DNA of 53,428 nucleotides from Girardia tigrina (taxonomy: Eukaryota), in NCBI GenBank assembly GCA_001938485.1, contig MQRK01218349.1, forward strand, positions 1-53,428, given 5' to 3'. The translations under genes were made by a program, and so were the position numbers. The notes below the pieces were generated by a model. The model saw only the letters and a program-made list of their open reading frames with translations. It was not told the origin of the DNA and made no database searches. Below, in pieces: positions 27,401 to 42,400 of this stretch; position 1 is the stretch's first letter, and each line of letters begins with the position of its first letter.

Positions 27401-30400
27401 TAGATAGATGCTTAATATTTTAATTCTTATAATCTAATTAATTAATTTAAATTTAGATTTAATATTCAAATTTTTAATTTTTATTATTGTAACTTTTAAA
27501 TAATTTTATTAATTTTATTTTTGTAAATTTTTAAATAATTAAAATCCAAGTAATGTTTTAAAATGATTATAAAAAGTAATTTTATTTTAGCCAATAAAAT
27601 TTCAATTAAATAATTTAAATAAAACAATTTTCTCCAAGTTAGTTTACATTGTAATGAGAAGTATGTAAGATTGAGTGATGGATTTAAGTGCCAGCAATAC
27701 TATTGATTTTCATAGAGATGATCAAAATTGTCAATGTAATAAATGTTCTATCAAATATGTTAGTTCTCTTACAAAAGTACAGAGGGGAAATTGTGGAGTT
27801 TCTTACCTCAATTGCCGTCGACGTTTATAATGCCAGTTTAATAAGTACTCCTTTTGTCAACAGCTTGCCCTCAAGGTATTTAACTCTAGTACACAGGACC
27901 AAAATTATTTAAAGTCTTCGCGAAAATGAAGTTATTGCGGGAACGGTTGTCGTGTGTAATCGCGTCCACAACACTGTTGACTTCATTGAGTTTGACGCGT
28001 TCGTTAGCGACCGGATGACCGGCACCTAAATCATACAACCAATAACAGATAAAAGTTGATGTTCAACCTGATTCGTCCCGGATGTAATTTTAATCGACGT
28101 AACACTCGATTCTTTCGATCACTCCGTCTTGACAATCTTTTGTAAGTGGTATTTAATGAGAACGAGAATTTTCGATAAACGCTTATTTATAAACGATGTA
28201 GTATTAAATTTATCCTCGATATTCCTTCACTAAGCAGATTGGTTTTTGTAATTTGGATTTGTGCGTTTTGTTAATTTTTATTTCATCGATTGTTAATGTA
28301 GTTTTAGATTTTTATTAATTTGTTAATTTAGTTCTTGAATTAAAATAATTTTTTAAATGTAGTGGAGTTGGTATATACAACAGAAATGAATTCTCCATTG
28401 AAGGAATTCCAACCTTCCTCATTAACATTGCATTACAAAGATCCAAACTGCAATCGAGAAATTCTATTCATAGTTACTGGAGAAGTTAAGAAGGAACTAA
28501 CTCGTGAGGTACATGATTGTGTGCTTAAGTAGTACAAGTTGATAGCAACGTAAATCGGCAAATGGTGGATTAGAAGTAAGTCTCTGCGAGAATAGTAACA
28601 AAAGAGCGTGAAGTAAAGAACGTATTCAAAGTCTTCAACGAACCTCAACATATTGGAGCCCTTGGACTACTGTAAGCCACTCAAGGGGCCCTTAAAACCA
28701 TCAACTTTCAAGCTGATTGGAGTTACAACAGATGGCGAAAGAGCTAATACAGGATTAACAAGGTGGCTTTCGAAGCTCACGAAGAACTGGTTACATCGTG
28801 ATCTATTGAAGTTCTGGTGAAGTGACCTCACTTTTAAAATCATAGAAGGAGGCGTTTCAGAGCTACGTATCTGAATTAAAAATGTTAAGTATCTAGCTAC
28901 CTTCTTCATGACGTCTAAAAAGACAACGAAACTCCTGCATCAATTTCAACCAACGGCAAATCATTTCCTGCTCATTACGAAATTTGATTTGCGGAGCCGT
29001 TCTTTTAATCTTTACGACTGCCAGGAAGTTTTTAAGTTTTTAGAAGTGAAAAGCGAATTAAAAAAAGAGAAAGCAAAAGAATGGGGATATTTGAAGACAT
29101 AGACATATGAATCGCATCAAGTTTGGCTTAACGGTCACATAGTTGATGTTTTAAAGATATTTCGTGATTTGCAAAAGCAGCTACAGTGTCACGATCTAAT
29201 TCTACCAGAGATAATAAACAATAAAGATTCGGCACGTCGTAAATTAGATCTTTTATCCAGGCACCCCTATCCTGGAGGAAAGGAAAAGAAATTACAGCCC
29301 CAGGAAACAGAGACTCATTTTAAGAGCTGTTAACACGAATATGCCAACTACAAGAAATCAGGATGCGGTGCGCCTTGAAATTGTATATAATCAGCGCATA
29401 ATTATTTTGGAGAGTGGTTTGATGTGGAACAAGAAGTAGTCCAAGACATTTTAACTCTTTTACAAACAGCAGAACTCGAAACATTTATTAATGCAGAAGT
29501 CATAATAACATGACATTTCATCAATCCTTCATCAACGCAAGCACATATGAGCAACACTAAATGTAGAATAAGGTAGTTCGAAAAAGCCAAAAAAACTATT
29601 CTTCGATTTTAAGTTTTCCTGACATAACAAAGGGTTCTAAATGATAAAAAAGAAGCAAAATAACATTTTGAGCTGAATCAGTTATCATTTTCAGGTTTCA
29701 TACAAGTTTCGAAGAATTTCATCTTGTTGTTGTACTTTCATAACATACTCTGCTAGAAGTTTCAAGTTTTCTTTCGGTTCGGCGGTTGATACGTAGAGCA
29801 AAAGGTCATGTTGGCTGTAGTGAGGCACCTTTAGTAAGCCATCATCCCGGGACTCCTGTTTGCTATATCTGGAGGGCTTTTTCCAGAGTATACCACCAAA
29901 GAAATATCAAGGAGGTACTTCTGATCTGTACTAAGATCTGTTTTATCAATTACAGAAGGAGGAACTAATATGAGTTCATAATTCACCACGATAAGACTGT
30001 ACTGGTCCAAATGTCTTTTCACCAATTCTTAAGAAAAGATGTCAAAGAAGCCATTCGTTAGTGCACAAATCAATGCAGTTTATCACCAACAAAGAATTCT
30101 AGACACCTGACTACACCATTCAGAATATTTACGATCGTTCAATCACACGCAACATCAACTAGTTCAAAAACATATAACCCTTCTCTGTAGCGAAATCGAT
30201 GATTTTTGTTTAAATTTTTGCACTGGATATAGAATCCGGAGTCACATGTCCTATGTAAACAGAACCAGGTTCTGACAAGAGAACAACATATTTTTTCATG
30301 AATGTTCTTAAATAGGAAGTATTTCCCTTCTTCTGACAAAGTAAAGTTTTTGCCTTCCTTCCATCAAAGTAGATACTGTAGATCCGGTTTTTCTGTTGCC

Positions 30401-33400
30401 GTAGTCTGCATCTGAGTGCGCATCTTCCAACATTCTCTTCTAATCTTACTTCTGTCAATGACTTTAGCTTGGAACATCATTAGATGTAAACTTCACATCG
30501 TGAAGAACAGATGATGCAATGAAACTCCTGCTCTATCTCAATCAATGGCTAAATTTGACTGAGACATTCGCATTTGGCCTGCATTAGAGTTTGAGGCAAT
30601 TCGAATTATCAATTGTCTTCAAACCTTTAGCTTCATGGAAAATGTAATCGTTATGAGTGGCAGGTTCACTTTTAAAATTTTTGAAATAATTAATTTTTAT
30701 AAAGAATTTCTAACATAAGAAAATATCTAAAATCAAAATTTTTTCGAAACAATTATAAGTAAAAAAATATCTTTAATTAATTTTAAAAAGTTATTTTCGA
30801 AAATAATTGATATATAAAGCCAAGGATAATAATGTTTTGGATTAATTTTCAAAAGTCATTCTGACAAATAAATTAATGAAATTTTTGTTGCCAGAAATAT
30901 GAATTTAAAAAAACGGATAATTTTAAATCTTAAAGACGGTTTGAAATTCTGAAAATTAAAGATTTGATAAATAATTAATTCTAAACAGTTTTTGTAAAAA
31001 AATAAAACAGCCATTAAAATTTTATAATTAATGAATCGTAATAATATAACAATAAATTTAAATATTGTAAATTATGTTTTGTATTTGAATTGTATAGATA
31101 CTAAAGGATTTTTTTAATTAAAAAAATTGAGCTAATACATTAAAATAAGTTTAATATCATAAATATATTTTGTTAAGTTAATTAAAACACTTATAAAAAA
31201 TGAAACGAATAAATCGTAAAATAATTTCAGGTAACAAAATGTTTTTTAAATTGAAATATTGATAATGCGTTAAAATTTTTTAATTAATTAAAACGTTTTT
31301 ACAAATAAAATAAAATAACATTAAACTAATTTTAAAGTAATGAAAAAATCTTTTTGTTATTTTAGTTAAAATAAATTATGTTGATTTTATATTTTATTTT
31401 AAATTAAATTTTATAAAATAGCAGAATGTTAATCTATAAAATTAATGGAATAAAAAAAATAAAAATTCAATTTTTAAAATAACGTTTTAAAAAATAGCTC
31501 ATCAATATTTATAATCCCATATTTTTGTGTACAAGAAATCTGTTCAAAAGAAAACGAAAGAAAATTTCCTCGATGAAAAATTGTTTAAATAACTGTTATT
31601 TGTGTTATAAATAAAATTTGGTGCTAATGAATTATAATCTTGATCAAGAACCCAACTATCGTCATCAATTTCAGTACTGTTTTCTGTGTCGCACTCTAAA
31701 ATAGAATTCGCCTCTAAATCTTCAGTAAATAGATGATCTTTGTTTTCTCTTGCTTTATGTTCTTGATTTTCTCTTCTTTCTTGCCTATCTCTTATTCGTA
31801 TCAATTTTCGACTTACAGAAGAGTCATACTTCAATTTTCTGGCAGCATTTACAATCTTCGTAATTCAAACATTTACAGGACGAAATATCAAACAAAGTAC
31901 TGTTTGCTTGGTAGAAAAATTCATTCTTAATTTTTACTCTCCCTTTCGCGTTGTTGCTCTTTCTTTAATCTTCTAGTACTTTTCATTGTAATTTCATGAG
32001 AGATTATTTCTTGTTGACTAACTATTGGTAGGGAGGCTCTCCTCCAAATTTCGAAAATGTCAGAAGAGATAATTTCGCTGACATCTTTCACAGATGGATT
32101 CTTTTTATTCCCTTTCCACAATAACTCATGTCTGAGTTAAAGGAGATACTACATTAAATCAGTATAAAACTGATTTCTTAAGTTGTTCTGGAACTCCAAA
32201 AACATCAAAAAGAGTTTCACTTCTTGTTGAGGTCATCTTATTCCGACATAAAACACAACGTTGATATTGTTTTCACAAAGTAAAATCTAAAAACTAAAAA
32301 AACGTTGAAAGCTAATGTAGACTAGTATACAACTATACAATGTTCGGGTAATAAAAAAACAGTGTCACAATTTCGCAAATATATATCGCCTTATATTAAC
32401 ATAAACAAGAATAATTTTTGAATAACTTGATTAAATTTTGAATAATTTTATGGTTGAAAATATTTTTAATAGAGGTAAATCTAAATTTACTCACAATGAG
32501 TTTTCGCTTGTGTTAGATTTGCTATGTTAGAAGGATGCTGACATAACCTTTACGTGTTGAGAAAATAAAAAGGAGAGCAAGGCTCATGTTCACGTTAAGA
32601 ATGATGAAGTCCTAAAATTGATAAATAATCATACACATGAATCTTCAGCAGGGGCTGTAGAAGTAGCTGCCATAAAAAAATTCTGATATTTTATAACGTA
32701 GTTCATATTTTGTTTATTTATTTATTTAATTTAAAGTGTTTGTATATTTATATATTTCAAATTTATTTTATAATTAAGACTTTTCACTCCTTTATTATCC
32801 AATAAATATGGGAATTGTTTTACATTCAATCCTTACAATCATTTCAACAGATCGTATATTGTCAGCAAACGAAGTAGAAGTGAAGGTAAAAAATAATAAG
32901 ATAAATAAAAGTGACTTTATAATTAGGCCTGTTTATTACGTTTTATCTACAAATCGATGAGTATTTGAAAAATTTCATTCCAAGTTGCGGTGTCAGAATT
33001 CATTTTCAAGAACCTAGTTCTTTAGAGTTACCAGAATCTTATGGTATGAACTTACCTCCAGGTTTTGAAATATCTTTGGGCATAATTCCAGTTAGTTTAA
33101 TTATAACTTTAAAATGTCTTTTTAAATACAATAAATATTGTCTAAAATGTTAATTTATTGTTATAAAATAATTTTATTTGTATCATTTAAACGTGAAAAA
33201 ATATTTTTGTCTAATAAGTCTTTTATTATTGAATAACAAAGCTATCAAAGAATATTTCTATTGCTGAAATCAAGCTATAATTGGAGCAATAAACAAAGAG
33301 TGTTTAGGTTACAATTTTCAAAGATTCTATTTCAGAGTAGGCCTCCTCCCCCGGCGACAGCACATGAGCGAACTCATGCTTCACTTACTCGAGATTAGTG

Positions 33401-36400
33401 AGTCATAGAGACTATCAGGAGGTGAATAGGTGTATCATTGTACAGGCACTAACGTATGAGTACTCAACTGATCATGGACCCCGCCGTTACACATTTCCAT
33501 AATTCCGGTCAGATAGCATTGCCTTTTACGTAGTGGACTCCAAGTTATCGCCTATCATACTGTGTTGGGCAGTAATTTCAACAAAGCAAGTTTCGGACAT
33601 TTTAGCCTGTAGAAGAGAGCTCCATTTTCCCAGGGACAGCGCGTGGAGATATTTCTGACTGGCTTAACACAGATGGCAAATGCAACAGGTTCCCATATCA
33701 GAGTATTAAAATTTCCAATCAAGGTCCTGGTCTATCCTGGTTAAATAAAATATTTTAAAGAAACTCTGTAATTCTATAAAGTCTTCATCATAAAATTGGC
33801 CAGATTTTTTTCCGGAGATGATAGTTGCCGAAAGAAATGGTATTCATATACTATGAAAAATATAAGAGCATAATGAACACAAAAATATATTCCGTCAAAG
33901 ATAAATTGAAAAACTGAAATATAATGTATTATTGATATATTGAGTTGTGGAGTTATCACAATAAATACTCGTGTGAGTTCGTAGGAAATTTGAAATTGAG
34001 AATAAATATTCGTCTTCATATTATTTTCCTGTTAAAATAATTCTGTTGACCAAGAAGAATTGATAAATTTTTTTTGGTTTACTATTTTTATTAAGTAGTC
34101 AGTGCAAGATTTTAAAATAAGATTTTGATACTAGAGATTTTAATTTCTTATTATCGATATTTTATAATTACATAGTATTTTTATGTAAAATAAAATCCAG
34201 AAATAAGATTTTAAAATAAAACGTTAAAATAAGATTTTAGTTTTCAATTTTTTACTATCAATATTTTAATATTATACCATAAAAAATTGAAAAAAAATTT
34301 AGTCAATGGCCGCAGTTAGGTACGGTGGATTTCGTCTGATCTCCGAAGTTAAGTAACTAACGGCTGCGTTAGTACTTATATGGGTGACCGATAGGGACAT
34401 AGCGGGGCCATTAACTCAGCTCAGGTCAGACTAGCTGTCTGCTACAGGTACCATTTAAATTCGTTAAACCTGTCCCATGGTCGAATGGTTGGTAACTAAA
34501 CCGGCTTCCGCACCCAAAGCAACCTGAGTGAAGAGGGCGTGTGGATACCTAGCAGGATGAAAAACGAAACCTATCAAAGGGCGGATGAGTTCCTTAGAGC
34601 CAACGGCCATTCATACTTGGATAGTTTTAATACCTTAGTTTTAATACATTCTGTTGACCATTTTTCAAATTTTTTAAAAATCATTTGCTGCTTCAGTGTT
34701 CGGGAATTTAAAAAAAGTTTCTTAACTTCATCCTTTGAAATTTTTGATGAGGAACTCGATATCCTACATAGTAAAATTAGTCATAATGTATACTATTAGC
34801 AACATCACAATTTGAGGGAAAACATTTATTAACAACACAAACAGACTCATTTTCAGTTACACAATCTGCGGAAAGCATCGTTCTTAATCAATATAGTTTT
34901 TGTATATTTATTTTAATCTTTGATTATTGAATGAGATTATCCACTTTATATTTTTTAATTCATCAAAATTTTATTGAGTAAAAATAAATTAAATAAATTT
35001 AAAAATAAACATTAGTTTTTTAATTATATTAAAGTTTATAAGTTAAATTATTTACTTAAAAATATTATTAAAATTTCAAATTACAAAACTTTTAATTAAT
35101 TAATTATTTAGACATTAATCTCATTAGATTTATTAAGAACACCAACATGGCTTTTCAAACTTTTATTTTCATTACAATCAGAATTGTCTTTTGGACAACT
35201 CTCAGCAAAACTCTCATCGTTCGACATCGTTCTAAATTGATAATTTNNNNNNNNNNNNNNNNNNNNNNNNNNNNNNNNNNNNNNNNNNNNNNNNNNNNNN
35301 NNNNNNNNNNNNNNNNNNNNNNNNNNNNNNNNNNNNNNNNNNNNNNNNNNNNNNNNNNNNNNNNNNNNNNNNNNNNNNNNNNNNNNNNNNNNNNNNNNNN
35401 NNNNNNNNNNNNNNNNNNNNNNNNNNNNNNNNNNNNNNNNNNNNNNNNNNNNNNNNNNNNNNNNNNNNNNNNNNNNNNNNNNNNNNNNNNNNNNCATCTA
35501 AAATATCAATTTTCCATCTGGGTGGGAGAAACACATTTCCAAATACTAAACTCAACATACAAAATTCAACAAACCAATTTCAACATACCGAATTTAAAAT
35601 ATTCCTCACAAGATTAAAATAATTAATCAATAACATATCTATCCCACCTGGGTTGGTGAGTCACCAATCTAAACAACTTACAAATAACATTCAGAATTTT
35701 CCCTCACAGATATAATACAAAATATTTAAATAATATCATTAATAATACGGTAGAATCGATCTATGTAAAAACTCTTAATTTTATTTTTAGATATGAGAAA
35801 GGGAGTAACGCAAAGAAACTTTTCTTAAAATTCCCGTACTCTAAAGGAGCAAAGGAGTTTTTTACGATCAGTGAAATGGCCATTATGTTAGATATTTTGG
35901 TCAGTATTATAATTAAGTTAGCAATATATTGATTTAATAATCAATTTTATTTGTGAAGTTTGTTTTATACGTTTTAGAATTTTAAATTTACAGTATCATT
36001 ATGTCCATGGATTGAAGAGCTACAAAAGTACAACACCATAAATTTTAAAGGATAGACAAGTGGTTATCGATGCACAAAGAGCAAAGAATTCGTAAAATCA
36101 AAAGAGCTTGTATATAGTATAGAATTTTATTGTATACCGAAAGATGAGGATAAACTAACAAATGAAGAAATTCAGAATGCTAAAGAAATGAATCTAAAAC
36201 TTTTGATAAATCAAAAAAAGAGCGTTTGCAGCATTGATTGTTGAGTTAACAAAAGAGCGCTTGCAGATGTCAGGAAGGTCGCTGTACATGCCCGAGTTTT
36301 TTCAAGAAATATATAGTTAGCAATTCATCTAAAATATGTTAAACCACCATCAAATGCCAAAGATGATTTAATTAATGAAAGACGTAAATGTTGTAGACCA

Positions 36401-39400
36401 CATAGCTTTTAAACGCATTGTTGGTTGATTAATTAATAAAAACTTAGTTTTGATTATATAATATAATACTTGCCATTTAATAAAAAACTAGTAAATAAAA
36501 AAAATTTTATTACCTTGCTTTATGCTGACAGAACTTTTCTTGGCTAACAAAATTCGTGAAAACACTAGCACACATCTCTCGTTCATTGTAAAATGAACAG
36601 AGGGTTGAAAATTGAAATTTAGTTAACTTTATTAACTTTTTGGATCAAATTTTCACATTATCATTTATTGTCATCGAAAATGAATAAGTGTGCAAAGTTT
36701 GGAGAAACTGGTTGAGTAAAAAGCATTCAAAAGTATTTTTTAAGTCCATTACATATTAAGAAAGCTAATAAGTAATATAAAGGATGGGAAAATAGTGACC
36801 AATATAATAAAAATACTAACAATTTAATTTTTGCCTTAGTTTTTGTCAAATGTGTTTATACAATGTGAAAGTATATTGTCTTACTATTTATTGGTCTGGT
36901 CTTCAGAAATAAATTCCTATCATGTCAAGGAGATGTTTTAATTTATCTTCTATACTCTCCTGAAATTGTTTCTTCCGATTATAACCTATTTTTCATTGAA
37001 AAATTCTCTTATTAATCGTGAGAAATATTTGAATGTTTTATGTTTGAAAGCTGTGTTGATTTGGGGTTATGTCTCTCCTATCCAGATAAATGATATTATA
37101 AATGAATGAATTCATATTATCTTAAATTAATTTGATTTAAATTAAGATTTAATGTTTAAATGTATTTTTAATTTCAAATCATTGTAAAATTTGGAATTTA
37201 ATTAATTTTATTTTAAATTTGTAAACAAATAAATCAATTTAATATTTTTAAATAATTACTATTAAGAACACCAACATGGGTTTTCAAACTTTTATTTTCA
37301 TTACAATCAGAATTGTCTTTTGGACAACTCTCAGCAAAGCTCTCGTCACTCGACATCGTTCTAAATTGATAATTTTTTGTTAATGTTTGTTAATAAACAA
37401 TTATTCGAACAAATATTTCATTATTTTCAGATTTTATTTTTAGAGTTCAAATTTTGTCGTTTTAGTATTAATTTTTATTTACATATTAATTTTATTTAAA
37501 AATTATTTTATGTAAAGAAAGAATATTTAATTAATTCAAAACTTAGTTAAAACTATTTATTTTATTTAAATTTTAATATGAAGATTTGAAAAGATTTAAT
37601 ATTTTTAATGTTTTTAAATATCTTTTGCTGTACTTTAAAATATAAATTATACTCGAATAATTATTTATCGTGAACATCTAAAATATCAATTTTCCATCTG
37701 GATGGGAGAAACACATTTCCAAATACTAAACTAAACATACAAAATTCAACATACCAAATTTAAAATAATACTCACAATTACAATTTATAAAACACATAAC
37801 GAAAAATGGCAAATGTTTCACTTAATCAATTACGCCATTTGGATCTGAAAAAAATATTAATTTAAAATTTTCCTTTTTTTGCAAAATATTGTGGTGGATT
37901 TTCAGGCAAACTTTTCAAAAATTGTAGTACCTTATTTATAAAGGGTAATTATGAAATCAACTTATGCAATAGCTAATTAAATACTTTCTACAAATAAATC
38001 TGAAGATTTATTGATGGATTAATGGATTCGATGTCTCACAGGAGAATCTCTTCAAATAATTATTTTGAATTATTGCACAGTATTTTAAAATTGTTTATCG
38101 TCACATTTCACCTACAAACCTCCATATGTCCAGCAATATTCCAACCGTTACACAATCGTTTCTGCACCTGAATCCGCTTACAGAGATTACAAGAAGTTTC
38201 TTCAATGTTTGTAACATTACCCCCATTTCCTTAATAGCCTCGAAGCCCACAATTATTTTTCAAAGGGCTGTTCTGCTCTAAAGTATTATTCTTTGCAAAA
38301 AATATTTTGTCCTTTGATATGTCAGTTAATTCCTCTAAAACTATTAAAACATACATCTAGAATATTTATTCGAAAATCTCTATTAAAACTATAAAAATGA
38401 ATATTTAAATTTGGTCGCCAATTCACAATATAAATAATCAGTATGTGAAATATAATTATTATGTTTCAGTTTAATTAATGAAAAGATAATTTAGACCAAA
38501 ATAAGAAGACTCAGGGAAATACAAAATAATTGCGAAGAGGGAAAATTATTCACGAAGAAGTACAAGTCAACCTACACAAGACAAGTAAAGTTTATTAATC
38601 TTAATAATTATTATCTTATTGATCGTAACTTTCTGAAATGAAATGAATAATATAATAAAAAACTTAATAATAAGCTCAGAAACAATGCAATTTGTATATT
38701 CATTACCATTATTGACCCTTCGAAATTCTAAAATTTTGTGACCAGAAAAATTAGGCAAAAATAGATTAAACTCAATAAAACTGTGCCAAACTTTATTTTA
38801 TAAATTTATCATTAATCAGAATGTACATCATTGTTTGATTGTTTACATTCATTAGACAAAACAAATTTAACTGAGCGATAATCACATAAAAACAAATCAT
38901 ATACTGGTTTGGCTCAAAAGTTTCTGCCGAAATTTCAATAACAAATGAATATCAACAAAGTATTTAATCATCAACGTCACATAAGTTTTCAAAATATTCA
39001 CCATCATGCTCAATGCATTAGCCTAAATGATATGATCCATCCCTGGCCGAGGCTGCCGGGAAATCTAATAAAGATAATCCTAAGATTTCGAAAACATTCT
39101 ATCGCACTGATTTGCGACATTGCCGAAATGTATCTATAAATGCGACTTGCTGATGACGATCAAAGATTCCATCGATTCTTATGGGGAAAATTGATGAAAT
39201 AAAAGAATTCGAATTATTAACCCGTTGACTACCGGGACCCGTATATGGCTTTACGGCTTATAACTTTTGAACGAAGAGAAATTTTTTAATGCGGTTTTTT
39301 TCAAAATATTACTATTAACTTTTCTAGTCCAGCTCTCTCGCTCTCTAGTGCAACTCTATTCAATTTGAATCATAACAAAACTGGAGCAGGTGGAACATTG

Positions 39401-42400
39401 AGAAAAAATCGTAAAGGATTGCCAGAAATCACAGGAAAATCACTAAAAGGAGATGTTCAATGGTTTTCGTCTTCAGCTCTTCTAGCAATGAAATGGAGAG
39501 ACAAACGAGATGTCTACATGTTATCGACTGTAAATAGTATGAATTTCTTGAACAGTGGAAAAATTGATAGAATAAATGGAACAGAAATTATGAAGCCCGC
39601 TCTAGTCATGGAATATTCGCAAAAAATTGGAGCTGTTGATGAAACTGACATGCAGTTATCATTCTCTGCTTCAATTAGGAAAACTTTGAAGTGGTATGAA
39701 ATACTTCAGAGATATGGTCCTTCAGAGAGAAATAGAGTTGGTAGACCTATTAATGCTCCTACACCTTTGAGATCAAATGCTCATCACTTTCCCGGCAATG
39801 TTCCACAAGATCTAAAGAGTAGAGAACGAAGTAGAAGAAATTGTATTGTTTGTAGTGCGAAACAAATTCGACAACGAATTTATTTCATGTGCCTTGACTG
39901 TAATGTGCCATTATGCGTACCAAATTGTTTCCGAATTTACCACACTAAGCTTCATTTTGATGTAGATGAGTGATAAAACCCAATTCTAATTAGTAAAATA
40001 TAATAATACAGCAATATTCATTGAAAACTCTTGTTTGTAGCTCAAGAAACTCATTTTTGTAACTCTTATGTAATAAATATTTCTAAGTCTTTTTTAATTT
40101 TTTTTTCATGCTGAATTACCTTTGTTACGTCTAAAACTTCAATAAAATTAACATATTTCCAAAAAAATTCGATAATCAACGGGTTAAGAGTGGTATTCGG
40201 AGTATCTGCATAACTTTTTCTTGCTCAATTTGTGTCTCAAATAAATGCAAGAAAATACTTGGATAAATACCCACGAGCAGCTGAGGTAATTGAAAACTCA
40301 ACATTTATGGACGATTGTTTGGATTCAGTTAACTCAGAGGAGGATACTATCAGATTGTATTTTGAGCTAAATAAAATCTGGCAAAAGACGGGAATGAAAG
40401 CTAGAAAATGGGTCAAAAATTCAAAATTTGTACTTCATGAAATTCCAGAAGAAGAGAGAAGCGGTGAACTTGAAATTTGTAATGGAGAATCACTACAGTT
40501 CTCGGCTTGAGATGGTTATCTGAGGAAGATGCATTCGTTTTTTCAAGTACAAACAACATCAGAAGGAAAGATTTCTAAAAGAAAATTATTATGCATACCG
40601 TAATTTCCGTATAATAAGCCGCACATTGCCTGCTTTTCCAAAAAAACATTATAAGCTATGACATTAAGGTAATTGTTGAATATTCTATCCAGTGGGTTTT
40701 TTGCGGTAATTATATATACCGCTAAAAACAATTACAATATCATTTTCTTTTCTCCCTAACACACACACAATTACCCAATCAAAAGAACCTAAACAATTTC
40801 CCATATAAATATCACAAAATCGAAACACACTTACAGTCAAATCAATTTATTTTCTTCCCATATTTTTATTTCACACAAAAAATTACACACATTTCATTTT
40901 ATATACATACACATAAATAATTTTTCTCACTATACACAACAACACGTATATGGTCGATTGCAAATGAATAAAGGTTATTTTTTCACGAATTTCCCTAGTC
41001 TTTTATTGATAGAATATAATAACGAAAAAAATAATGAAAGGAAAATTATACTTTATTTAATTTATTTCTTTAATTTATTATCAATCATTTATTTGGCTAA
41101 TTTTTTATTTAATTTCTTTCCTCTTTTGTGTGGCCTAATGTTTGGTCAATCCATTACTTTTCCACTCCAACTACAAAAAACCCTATTACATCACAGTTGC
41201 GAACGGTGAGAAACACTCAAATGCTGACGGGATGTCTAGAAATTCTTGCGGGTTGTGTAGTCAGTGTTAGACGATGAATGAAGAAGCCAAGAAAGGAAAG
41301 ATTAAAACTAGAATTCTCGCATTAAAGGAAGAGTCAGATGGTTTCAAATGGCAAAAGAATAATGACGAACTAAAATAAATAATGAAGGATAACCGACAAG
41401 GAAAAACGAGGAAATGGACATTAAAAAATGATATCGTGGCTACTTAGGATAATACAAACAAATGAAATCCAAAACAAAATGAACAGATTTTATTGAAGAG
41501 ATGCAGAAACTATTGTGCCATGCTGGTAGTAAAAAGGTCTGTAACTGTAAAAATAGAAATTTGGACGAATCTCTATTTTTACTATAAAATAAAAGTTGTC
41601 AAACAAAGCTAAACTAAATGATTAATTCAAAAGAAAAATAACACGAAAACTTTTAATTCAGTAAAAAAACTAAAGAATACATACTTCACAAAAGAACATT
41701 AGTCCAAAATTTGTAGTCATAATAATCGTCGGTAAGTTAGTATTTGTAATTAACTATTTATGGATTTTTTTGACGATCTTTATTATATTATATGAGCCTT
41801 ACGATATATATATATATTTATATATATTATTTGAGCTTTAATAAAAAAATTTTTCTTGATTTTGGTCTTTCGTTAATCTTTTAGCTGATTCTTTTTCTCT
41901 GATTACTTTCTGACACCTTCGTAACTTTCGATACAGTTTACTTTAGGAAATAATTCCGGATTTATTTTCATCAATCATAGAAACAACACTCTGCATTTCG
42001 TTGACTGTCAAGGGAACTCGGATTTTCTAACAATGAAACTTCCATGATTCATAGAAATGAAATTATGTTTCACTTTCATATTACTGATGAAGGAACTTCA
42101 CTGGTACAAAAATAACAATCAACAAAGAAAACACACACATCAAACAAGAAAGGGTTACCAAAGCACTCGAAAACAAACACAAAAATCAAAGAATATGCAA
42201 ATAAAATAATCACGCAGTGTCAGTAAGTAGGGCACTACATAAGCCCCCCGTATTGTAAGTGGAACGTTAAGATGTTTGTTTGTGTGTTTGTGACTCATTT
42301 GATCTTGGCGTTTCTTATGTTATATGTTTTGTGTTTATGTGTATGTTTATGTGAAATAATTTGGGCTGAATCTTGGTTTTATTTTATTTCGTAATTCTTT

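Noticed and set aside
34302-34416. Functional 5S rRNA gene
   Set aside because: Diverged and shortened, lacks an oligo-T terminator, solitary and intronic; better explained as a SINE head.
35790-36420. Exon-like, moderately coding-looking sequence in intron 6
   Set aside because: Immediate stop in the required phase and no DEG/ENaC motifs; probably an unidentified TE remnant.
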